A stretch of 64,000 nt of DNA from Polyangiaceae bacterium (GTDB taxonomy: Bacteria > Myxococcota_A > Polyangia > Polyangiales > Polyangiaceae), in assembly GCA_044376115.1 (NCBI GenBank), contig JBILLK010000021.1:119780-183779 (forward strand), given 5' to 3'. Below are positions 10,546 to 18,764 of the stretch, piece by piece. A program made the position numbers and the translations under genes. The notes under the pieces were generated by a model that was not told where the DNA came from, searched no databases, and saw only the letters and a program-made list of their open reading frames with translations. Positions within the stretch are counted from its first letter, which is position 1. Each line of letters opens with the position of its first letter.

Positions 10546-12546
10546 GTGCCGCGACTCGAGCGAATTATTCCCGCTGTACCTGCTCGAAGGGCGGTCAATC
10601 CGTTCACCAAAGAAGCCTTCAAGGTCCCTGCGGTGCCAGCCTCCACGTGGGTCTTCGAGATCGAGCAAACCGGCGCCCTCCTCCACCTCGCGCAAGGCGA
10701 ACTGGGCAATGAGCGCATCAGCAAGAAGGCCTTCCCGAACGAAGAGGCCGCCACCAGCGAGTACCATCGGCAGATCAAGCGCAAGCTACGCCAGCACTAT
10801 GTCGCGAGCGGGCCTGCACGCCTCCTGAGCTCCGGTGACGGTTCACTTGCGGGAGGCCAACCTCACGATGATTCGCCGCCGCCCTCCTTGATCTGGCTCG
10901 AGCAGGCCTTCGCCAGTGAGGACGAACGCTTCGTCAGCGAGCTCTTTCGCTTTCACAAGGTCGAGCAGGCGGCCTCCTTCGCCAAGAGCTGGATCGCGGA
11001 TACGCGGCCGTTCGCCCGCCGCGCGCTGCTCGCCTACGTCGCGGATGGCTGTGATCGCATGGGTCACAAAGCGCTCGTCAAAAGGCTCTTCAAGCAGGCC
11101 GAACAAGCTGAGGATGACGAGCTGATGGGCCACTTCATGGTCGCGTTCGATCGGCTGGTGAAGCGCTCGCGCGTGGTTCGTCGTGGCGTCGGCTCCTTCG
11201 TGTTCGACCCTGCGCTCCGCGCGCAGCTCGGCGAAGGCGAGAAGTCGGAGCAGTTCTCGATCGCGACCCGTCGCTACCTCGCGCGGCGCGCGTTTCGTTA
11301 CTTCAGGCTACTCGGGCGAAAGGACGTCGCGCGCTACGGACGCGCGATGCGCCATACCTTGAGCCTCTATCGCGATGAACACCTCAGCCAGCCGATGCGC
11401 CTGCTCGACGCTTGGGGCCTGGCCAACGCGCTTTATGGCCGCTCTTCGGTGCTCGAATTTCGGCCGCGAGGCATCCGCCTCGCTGCCGGCCAAACGCTCG
11501 AGTCGCTGCGGCCCGCGCCCTTCTTGCCCGAGGCCTTCACCGGCTGCTTCGGTGAACTCGTTCCGCTGCTGGCCCGCTCCAACTCGCGGCCGGTTCGGCG
11601 CTTCTTCAAGGAGCTGCTCGAGACCAATCACAAGCAGGAGCTCGCTGCGCTCACCATCCCCGAGCTGCGCGGTCTTTTGTCGAGCCCCCACGATGAAGCG
11701 CACGAGCTCGGAGCCACGCTGCTCAAGACGGCCAAAGGTGCCGAGCGGCTCACCGTCGACGAGTGGCTCGCCCTGCTCGATACGCCCAACCTCGACATCG
11801 TCGCGCTGGTGTGTGAGGCCATCGCGCAGCACGTGACGCCGGCGCGCTTGTCGCTGGCCCAAACCATCGAGCTTGCCTGCTCCAAGCGCGCGCCGGTGGC
11901 GCACCTCGGGCTCTCTTGGTTCTTGGCGAAGCCGCTCGAGAACGAGCAGGACCTGCGGGTCGCGACCACGCTCGGCCGGGCAACGGTCGAGGCGGTCCGT
12001 CGGCAGGCCGCCGATCACCTGCGGTCGAAGTTGCTCAAGCTCAGCTTCGCCAGCGCGGAGCACTTGCGCGAGCTGATCGACGCGCCTTACGCCGACGTCC
12101 GCGCGGTCGGGCTCGAGCTGCTGGCGAGCGAGCCCAAATTCGCTGAGAGCACCATGCTCTGGTGGGCGCTCTCCGAGTCACCCTGGAAAGACGTGCGAGC
12201 CTTCGCCACCAAACACAGCAAGCGCTGGCTTGCGGCGAAGGACGAGCTCGCGGCGCCCAAGACGGCCCAGTTCTTCGCCACCACCATGCTCTCGATCCAC
12301 GGCGGCTCGAAGGCCAAACGCAAGGCCATGCGCGACGTCGTGAGCCACGCAGTAAGCCCATCGAAGGAAGCACCGCAAGCCGAGGTGCTCGCCCTGGTGC
12401 GGCACGTCGCGCGCAGCGTTCGCCCCACCGAACGAGCGATCGCCTTGGCAGCGCTCGCGCGAGCGCTCCGCGTTCGTCCAGAGCTCGCAGACGCGGTGCG
12501 CGAGCTCCTGCCCGAAGTCTCTTTCTCCGGAGTGACCACCCAATGA
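10546..12546 (+). CDS. retron-associated WGR-domain and ARM/HEAT-repeat protein
   Basis: N-terminal WGR-like pattern (WVFEIEQTG..LAQGELG..KKAFPNEEAA..QIKRKLRQHY) followed by Leu/Ala-rich helical repeats (e.g. LIDAPYADVRAVGLELL); ATGA-coupled to the next gene. Confidence 0.75.
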   Translation: MPRLERIIPAVPARRAVNPFTKEAFKVPAVPASTWVFEIEQTGALLHLAQGELGNERISKKAFPNEEAATSEYHRQIKRKLRQHYVASGPARLLSSGDGSLAGGQPHDDSPPPSLIWLEQAFASEDERFVSELFRFHKVEQAASFAKSWIADTRPFARRALLAYVADGCDRMGHKALVKRLFKQAEQAEDDELMGHFMVAFDRLVKRSRVVRRGVGSFVFDPALRAQLGEGEKSEQFSIATRRYLARRAFRYFRLLGRKDVARYGRAMRHTLSLYRDEHLSQPMRLLDAWGLANALYGRSSVLEFRPRGIRLAAGQTLESLRPAPFLPEAFTGCFGELVPLLARSNSRPVRRFFKELLETNHKQELAALTIPELRGLLSSPHDEAHELGATLLKTAKGAERLTVDEWLALLDTPNLDIVALVCEAIAQHVTPARLSLAQTIELACSKRAPVAHLGLSWFLAKPLENEQDLRVATTLGRATVEAVRRQAADHLRSKLLKLSFASAEHLRELIDAPYADVRAVGLELLASEPKFAESTMLWWALSESPWKDVRAFATKHSKRWLAAKDELAAPKTAQFFATTMLSIHGGSKAKRKAMRDVVSHAVSPSKEAPQAEVLALVRHVARSVRPTERAIALAALARALRVRPELADAVRELLPEVSFSGVTTQ

Positions 12547-14594
12547 GGCTCGATCTTCGTTACCTCGGCGCGAGCGGCCTCAAGACCACCACCGGCGGCG
12601 CGAGCGCCCTCGCCTTCGCGCCGAACCTCGCGCGCCCCAAGGTCTTCTTCGACGCGGACCTGGTCCACCCGGTTCGCTATCGCGAGGCGATGAGCGCGCT
12701 GCACGACGTCGTGGTCGGCGATCTACGCTTCAAGAAGAAGGACAAATCCGCCTATGAAGCGTGGAAAACCGAGCAGCGAAACCAGGAGCAAACGCTTCGT
12801 GCCCAGCTGACCGACAACACCATCAAACGCGAACTGGCGAAGATGAAGGCCGAGCCCATCCCAGCGGATCTCGATCAGCAGTTCCGCGACGCGCACCGGC
12901 TGTATTGGAACCGCCGCGTCGCTTGGGCCGGAGAGCTGATGCGCAATGATCCGGATCTGTTCCGTGCGCTCGTCCCGTGTGACCCGGTCGTCACCGTCGC
13001 GCCGGATTGCGTGTTCTTCGAATGCTTCTCGAAAGACGAGTCGGCTTACGGTTGTTTATCGGTCGCGCGCGACGCCTTTCGTGCCGAGGCCGGCGCCGGC
13101 CTAGGCACCACCAACGTCGACTACTCGCTCGCGCTCTACGATCACTTCCAATCGCTACGCAGCTATCGCTCGACGCGCCTGCTCGTCGATCCGAGCGGCT
13201 TCGAGGTGAAGACCGAGGGGCACAGCGACGTACGCGAGGAGAAGATCGATCTGCCGCCGTCGTGGTTGCGCGGCTTCGGTCAGCTGCAAGCGGCGATGGC
13301 GCTTCCCTGCCGCAAGCTCACCCTCTCGGTGGACGTCGTTTATTCGATCCTCGCGCACCTCAAACGGCACCGGGAGAAAGAAGGTCCGCGCAGTTTGCGC
13401 TTCAAGCTCGAGCCCGGCAAACCGCCGATCGTGGTGATCGAGCCGTGGGGGATCGAGCTCGTTTCGCGCGGTCCGGTGTACCGCGGCGCGGTGAAAGAGG
13501 ACGTTCGAATCTGGGGACGTCGCCGGCTATTCGCACTCGCACGCACGCTACCGCTCGCCGAGTCCTACGACCTGCGGCTGTTCGGCACCGGCCTACCGAG
13601 CGTGTGGACGGCCAACATGGCGGAGATGCGCTTCACGCTCGCGCTCTCCGGCTGGACCACCAACGACTGGACGAGCGGCAGTGCGCTGGAGACGCTGTTC
13701 GCCGAGCTGCGCCCCGACCGCGCGCTGGTGGATCGCGCTGCGACTCACCTGGCCGAGGTGCAGCTGAGCTCACGCAGCGCGCTCAGCCAATCGCTCGGTG
13801 CCAGCGAGGTCTCGCTCGACGCGGCGCTGTTCGCGCTCGCGCGCCGCGGGCAGGTGGTGTTCGACTTCGCGAGCGAGCTCGTGCGCTTTCGTTCGATCAT
13901 GCCGAGCGCGCTCTCGGAGACGTTGCTCGGCAGCGAGCCGCTGGAGATCAAGGAAGGCCGCGCGCTCGCAAGCTCGGTGCAATTCACGCGCACCGATCGA
14001 GTGGACGCAGGGGTGATCGCCGTGGCGAAGTTCGGCACGATGGAGGTCGAGGCGCTGATCGATCGCGACGGGCAGATCAAACGCGCGACCTGCAATTGCT
14101 CCCACTTCTTCAAGAACCGTCTGCGCAAAGGCCCGTGCCGTCACCTGATGGCGATGCGGCTCGCGCTCGAGCCGCAAGAACCGCGGGCCGCTGCGCCTCA
14201 ACCGGCGCCGGTTCGTTCGCCCGAGCCGCAAGCAGCGGCCGCTCCCAACGCTGCTCCGCCGGCCGACTCGGTGATGCAGATCCAGCTCTTTTCGGCGCCC
14301 TGCAGCGAATTCCTCGAGACGCTGTCCAAGCAACGCGGCCTTCCCTTCGACGAGCTCTTGGTGCGTGGCTGGAAGATCGCCCGCGCCGAGGTGGCCGCGC
14401 TCCAGCAAGCGCCCGCCGTGCCTGAGCTCGCTGAAACGACAGCGCGCACGGTCTACTTACCGCGCGCCATCGCCGAGGAGATCCACAAGGAGGAAGGCCG
14501 GCTCAAGTTGCCGTTCCCGTGGGGGCGCTTGCTCGGCTGGGCCAACTGGCAGGTGCGCAACGCCCTGAAACTTTCCACATCGATCGGCAGCTGA
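12543..14594 (+). CDS. retron-associated wHTH and SWIM zinc-finger protein
   Basis: ATGA overlap at 12543-12546 fixes the start; wHTH-like segment (SRSALSQSLGASEVSLDAALFALARRGQVVFD); SWIM motif CNC-x13-CRH at 14091-14144. Confidence 0.85.
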   Translation: MRLDLRYLGASGLKTTTGGASALAFAPNLARPKVFFDADLVHPVRYREAMSALHDVVVGDLRFKKKDKSAYEAWKTEQRNQEQTLRAQLTDNTIKRELAKMKAEPIPADLDQQFRDAHRLYWNRRVAWAGELMRNDPDLFRALVPCDPVVTVAPDCVFFECFSKDESAYGCLSVARDAFRAEAGAGLGTTNVDYSLALYDHFQSLRSYRSTRLLVDPSGFEVKTEGHSDVREEKIDLPPSWLRGFGQLQAAMALPCRKLTLSVDVVYSILAHLKRHREKEGPRSLRFKLEPGKPPIVVIEPWGIELVSRGPVYRGAVKEDVRIWGRRRLFALARTLPLAESYDLRLFGTGLPSVWTANMAEMRFTLALSGWTTNDWTSGSALETLFAELRPDRALVDRAATHLAEVQLSSRSALSQSLGASEVSLDAALFALARRGQVVFDFASELVRFRSIMPSALSETLLGSEPLEIKEGRALASSVQFTRTDRVDAGVIAVAKFGTMEVEALIDRDGQIKRATCNCSHFFKNRLRKGPCRHLMAMRLALEPQEPRAAAPQPAPVRSPEPQAAAAPNAAPPADSVMQIQLFSAPCSEFLETLSKQRGLPFDELLVRGWKIARAEVAALQQAPAVPELAETTARTVYLPRAIAEEIHKEEGRLKLPFPWGRLLGWANWQVRNALKLSTSIGS

Positions 14595-14599
14595 CACTA

Positions 14600-14859
14600 A
14601 GATGCAACCCGTTCACTTTTCGAGAGAGGTCCGAGCGCACGAGCCCATCATGCCGCGGTGTTCCGCCGCGGTGGAGTTTGACCACCACTGCCTACCCACG
14701 CCCGATGTTCTTTGGGCCCAAAGGCTCCATGCACGCCCAACTGAGGCGACGACAAGCGTCTCGGTCTCCGCATGGAGCCTCTGGGCCTTCGTGATCGGAC
14801 GCGGTCCTTCGCACGAAGTCGAGTTCTCGGGCCTCTCTCGAACGGTGAACAACGCATCT
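14600..14859 (+). ncRNA. retron msr-msd non-coding RNA (msDNA template)
   Basis: Imperfect inverted repeat 14600-14642 / 14819-14859 (core TTCGAGAGAGGtCCGAG vs CTCGGgCCTCTCTCGAA); unpaired G14643 in AGC at the stem end; msr hairpin 14653-14671; msd stem 14715-14732 / 14770-14787 (17/18); immediately 5' of a retron RT. Confidence 0.88.
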
Positions 14860-14885
14860 CCGCAACCCTCGCGGAGCCGCGGCGA

Positions 14886-16808
14886 ATGAGCCTCTGGGGC
14901 AAGGTCAAAAGCTTCTTCGGCGGCGGAGCGAGCGGTGGAGACGGCGGCGATGGTGGCCCGAAGGATCCGGCCGCGATCATCGAAGCCGCGGTTGCCAGCG
15001 CGCCCGCCTCTACCTCGCCCGCCGCCGTGCGCGCTGTCGGCGCGGCGATCCTTCAGCTGGCCTCGTCCGGGAAGATGTTCTCCTCCGGCGAGTTCATCAC
15101 GCAGGACCATCGCGCGCGCATTTTGGCTGCCAAACACCTCGAGGCCTGCGGGCTGCTCGTGGCGCTCGGCTACCAAAAGACCGATCGCGTTTACCACCCG
15201 ATCGGCGAGGACCCGCAGGCGTTCGCCCCTCCCGTCTCACAACCGCCCCCGCGCTCGTCGAGCTTCACCGCCCAGCCGCAAAGCCCAGCTCCGCAACGCC
15301 CGTCGGTGGCCGGCCCTTCGAATCAAGGTGGTGGCTATCGTCAGGCGCCTCCGCGCATCGATCCGAACCTGCCGGATCCGTACGAGGCCCACGACATCCT
15401 CGGCCTCTCGCCCGAGGAGACGCGCAAGCGCTCACTCAAAATCAATCCGTATGCGACCGCCTGGATCGGACGGGTCGATACCATTCCGCCGCAGAGCGAC
15501 GAACGCACCGCGCTGATCGATCGCGGGCTGATCCTCCGCGGCATGCTCACGCAAGACCAAATCCGCGAGATCCATCGCATCGGTGATGCCTGGCTCAAAC
15601 ATCACGAGTCGCACAAACTGGCGAAGGCCGCGGCCGCTAAATCGGTGGACCTGTTCCTCGAGGGCGAACGCCAACGGAAACTCGCGGTCAAAGAGGAGAA
15701 GCGGCAAGCCGCTCAGATCAAACGCGCAGACCAGCGCAAGGCCGTCGACGAGCGGAAAAAGAACGACATCGTTTATTTGGGCCGCGACGTCTCCGCGCGC
15801 CTCGCAGACAGACGCTCCAACGTCGAGGCGCTCGCGGCCGCGGGGCTACCGTTCTTGGCGACGCCCGCCGACGTCGCTGCGGCGCTCGGCCTGAGCATCG
15901 GCGAGCTTCGTCACCTCGCCTTCCACGCAGAGGCCCCAGAGCGCACGCACTACGTCACCTTCGAGGTACCGAAGCGCTCTGGCGGCGTGCGTCTGCTCGC
16001 GTCCCCGCACAAACGAGTGCGCGCCGCGCAGCAGTTCATTCAGGACCAGATCCTGGCCAAGCTGCCGCTGACCGAGCAGGCGCACGGCTTCGTACCCAAC
16101 CGCTCGACGGTCTCCAACGCGCGCCTTCACACCCAGCAGAGCTTGGTCATCAACCTCGACCTGAAGGACTTCTTCCCTTCGATCACCTTCCCCCGCGTGC
16201 GCGGCCTGTTCGAATCGGTCGGCTACTCGCAGGCGGTGGCGACCATCCTGGCGCTGATCGTCACCGAGGCACCTCGCATGAAGACCGAGGTCGACGGCAA
16301 GACGCTGTGGGTCGCCGCCGGAGACCGCGCGCTTCCGCAAGGCGCCTGCACCAGCCCGACGATCTCCAACTTGGTCGCGCGCAAGCTCGATCGGCGGCTC
16401 GGCGGTTTGTGCAACAAGCTCGGCGTGACCTACAGCCGCTACGCCGATGATCTCACCTTCAGCCTGCCATCGAAGGACAAGGTCAGCGTCGGCTACTTGT
16501 TCGCAAGGGTTCGTCACCTGGTCGCGGCCGAGGGCTTCGCCATCAACGAGGCGAAAGGCCGCGTGCAACGCGCCGGGGGGCGTCAAGAAGTGACCGGCAT
16601 CGTGGTCAACGACGGGCTCGCTCTTCGCCGTGAAGAGCTGAAGCGGCTGCGCGCGGTGCTGCACGACGCCAAGAAGCACGGCCTCGAGGCCGCCAATCGC
16701 AAAAACCACCCGAACTTTCGCGAGCACCTGCTCGGCAAGATCGCCTACGTGACGATGGTCGATCCGGAGAAGGGCAACGCACTGCGCGCTCAGTTCGACG
16801 CGCTGTAA
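14886..16808 (+). CDS. retron-type reverse transcriptase with long N-terminal extension (640 aa)
   Basis: PKRSGGVR, AHGF, region X NARLH (16116), DLKDFFPSI, LPQGACTSP, YADD (16440), region Y VTG (16590); GGAG RBS at 14873. Confidence 0.95.
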   Translation: MSLWGKVKSFFGGGASGGDGGDGGPKDPAAIIEAAVASAPASTSPAAVRAVGAAILQLASSGKMFSSGEFITQDHRARILAAKHLEACGLLVALGYQKTDRVYHPIGEDPQAFAPPVSQPPPRSSSFTAQPQSPAPQRPSVAGPSNQGGGYRQAPPRIDPNLPDPYEAHDILGLSPEETRKRSLKINPYATAWIGRVDTIPPQSDERTALIDRGLILRGMLTQDQIREIHRIGDAWLKHHESHKLAKAAAAKSVDLFLEGERQRKLAVKEEKRQAAQIKRADQRKAVDERKKNDIVYLGRDVSARLADRRSNVEALAAAGLPFLATPADVAAALGLSIGELRHLAFHAEAPERTHYVTFEVPKRSGGVRLLASPHKRVRAAQQFIQDQILAKLPLTEQAHGFVPNRSTVSNARLHTQQSLVINLDLKDFFPSITFPRVRGLFESVGYSQAVATILALIVTEAPRMKTEVDGKTLWVAAGDRALPQGACTSPTISNLVARKLDRRLGGLCNKLGVTYSRYADDLTFSLPSKDKVSVGYLFARVRHLVAAEGFAINEAKGRVQRAGGRQEVTGIVVNDGLALRREELKRLRAVLHDAKKHGLEAANRKNHPNFREHLLGKIAYVTMVDPEKGNALRAQFDAL

Positions 16809-16849
16809 GTACTTCTCCTAGCCGGCCGACGCTGCCATGCTCGGCCGCG

Positions 16850-17287
16850 ATGCCGAAAGACGCCCATCCGTTCGCCGCGCTGAGCGAGCTCACCTTGGTT
16901 CCCTCGGAGCCTGCTGCGCGCGCCGAGAAGGATCCCTTGATTCCGGTCGTGGTCGAGGTGCTCGACGAGCTGCTCGCGGCGGGCGACGTGGTGACCTGCG
17001 TGGATCTGCTCGTGCGGCTCGAGATCCTGACCGCAGAGCAGGTGGCCGCGTGGCGTCGAGGGCAGCTGCCCTATCTCGAGCGAGCCATCACGGCCGGGCT
17101 CAACAAGGTCGGCCGCATCCTGCGCATCCTCGATAACGAAGCGCGCGCTAGAGGCCTCACGCCGAGCGAAGGGAGGTACTTCCGTTCGGGCAAAGGGCCC
17201 AAGCGCCGCTTGCGCTTCTCCAAGCGCGGCGACACCGCCTCCGAGGCTTCGTACGCGCGCCACTACCTGCGACCAGCGTCACGCTAG
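16850..17287 (+). CDS. small basic conserved hypothetical protein
   Basis: WRRGQLPYLER and LRFSKRGD..E..YARHY motifs, which I recall from a widespread uncharacterised family; 41 bp after the RT. Confidence 0.7.
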   Translation: MPKDAHPFAALSELTLVPSEPAARAEKDPLIPVVVEVLDELLAAGDVVTCVDLLVRLEILTAEQVAAWRRGQLPYLERAITAGLNKVGRILRILDNEARARGLTPSEGRYFRSGKGPKRRLRFSKRGDTASEASYARHYLRPASR

Positions 17288-17305
17288 GCGGCGCTTGCAG
17301 CTGGC

Positions 17306-18646
17306 TTGGCCGCACGAAAAGCGCAAGACCTCGCGGCGCGCTCTGCCTTGACGAGGTCGTCGTTTCGACTTTCTCTATCGCTCGTGGCGGCTCGGTCGAA
17401 GGACAACGAACGGCTCTTTCCCAACTTCGTACGCGGCGCGACCGCTGTTGGTTTGGCTCGGCTGCGCGCGATCGCGAAGGCCGCGAAGGTCGCGACCGAC
17501 GACCTGCCGCAAGCCGACGCTGCCGCGATCGCAAGGCGGCTCCTCGAGGGGCTCCCGGAGCCAGCGTTCTTTCTCCACCACGTAAAGCGCGCTGACGAAA
17601 TGCGGATGGCGGAGGCCCTCGGTCTTCCTGACCCGACGGCCTGGGCCGCGCTCAACCCGGTCACGGCGGAGATCCGCGCGATGCCGAGCTATCGCCAACC
17701 GTCGTGGCAACGTGAAGTATGGAACGCGTTCAGCAAGAAGCTTGCGCCCGAGCGAGCAAAGCCTCGCGCAACGTCGGCGCGTGATCCGCACCATGCCGCA
17801 CAGTGGAAGGAGCTCGGGGATGCACGCAGGTGGGCGAAGCTCAACTCCGCGGTGAAGATGCGGCTCTCTGCGGAGCTTGCCAAAGCCCTCGGGGAAGGCT
17901 TTGCACCGGACCCTGAGGCCGCCGGGCACAGCGCCGTTCGGGATCTGAAAACCGGCGTTCGCTACGTCGCGATCGCTGGCGGCTCCCGCGCCATGGGCCT
18001 CAGCAAGGAGGAGCAAACGCAGCTCCGCAAGCTGCTGAAGGCGGAGCCCAACGCCGAGGCTGTCGAGCTCTTGAAGGGCTATGCGGCGCAGACCCGTCCC
18101 GAGCGCGTGGTCACCGTGCCGCCATTCTTGTGCGCACGAACGCCGCTGCTCGAGGCGCAGGTCGCTGGGCAGGTCGAGGTGGACTGCGCCAACGTGCACC
18201 ACGTCGCACGGATCTCGCGAGAGCGTGCAGCGGCGTGCGTCCGGATGCTCGCGGCTCGCCTGCTCAGCGAAGCCGAATGGGAGTGGGTCGCGAGAGCCGG
18301 CGGCGCGCGCCAATGGCTGGTGAACGGGGAGGCTCCCCGCGCGGGCATCGCCGCCTTGGCCGCGAGCCGTGACCTCGCCGAGGACGAGCATCCCTGGGGT
18401 GTATCGGGGCTCGCGTGGGGCTCGTGGGTGGATGACGCTTGGCAGCCGACGTACAAAAAGGCCCCCGTTGACGGCTCGGCGTTCAGCCCGCTCGAGCTGC
18501 CCGAAACGGTGCGCGGCGGCGGTCTCGAGGTATGGCCGTGGCAAGGCAGCGGTGAGCTATTGAGTACCCACGCCTCATCACGCGACCTGGACCGGCTCGG
18601 GGATCACGCGCTGCTCGTCGCGCTCGATCTGCCACCGAGAGGGTGA
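17306..18646 (+). CDS. protein with C-terminal FGE-sulfatase/C-type-lectin-like domain
   Basis: AIAGGSRAMG, PERVVTVPPF, RLLSEAEWEWVARAG, HPWG..L, WVDDAW..Y..APVDGSA, VRGG; start uncertain. Confidence 0.7.
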   Translation: MAARKAQDLAARSALTRSSFRLSLSLVAARSKDNERLFPNFVRGATAVGLARLRAIAKAAKVATDDLPQADAAAIARRLLEGLPEPAFFLHHVKRADEMRMAEALGLPDPTAWAALNPVTAEIRAMPSYRQPSWQREVWNAFSKKLAPERAKPRATSARDPHHAAQWKELGDARRWAKLNSAVKMRLSAELAKALGEGFAPDPEAAGHSAVRDLKTGVRYVAIAGGSRAMGLSKEEQTQLRKLLKAEPNAEAVELLKGYAAQTRPERVVTVPPFLCARTPLLEAQVAGQVEVDCANVHHVARISRERAAACVRMLAARLLSEAEWEWVARAGGARQWLVNGEAPRAGIAALAASRDLAEDEHPWGVSGLAWGSWVDDAWQPTYKKAPVDGSAFSPLELPETVRGGGLEVWPWQGSGELLSTHASSRDLDRLGDHALLVALDLPPRG

Positions 18647-18764
18647 TTGAACCGCGCAGTCTTGCGCTTCCAAGGCCACGGTTGGTGCGTCATCGGCGAG
18701 CGCTGACGGTGGAGCGCAACCGCGCCCTATTGCAGCAGCACGTCAGGCCATCGATGCTGGCTAC

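Noticed and set aside
12162..12542. N-terminal 127 aa of the 810-aa ORF
   Set aside because: It overlaps the upstream gene; the ATGA junction at 12543 is the natural start.
14772..14885. ORF-track start of the RT at 14772, and ORFs 14602..14889 and 14519..14794
   Set aside because: These run through the msd hairpin and the a1/a2 arm; ATG 14886 has a GGAG RBS and lies just outside the RNA.
14886..16808. Group II intron or CRISPR-associated RT
   Set aside because: No maturase X or endonuclease domain, no domain V-like structure after the gene, and no cas genes or repeat-spacer array seen.
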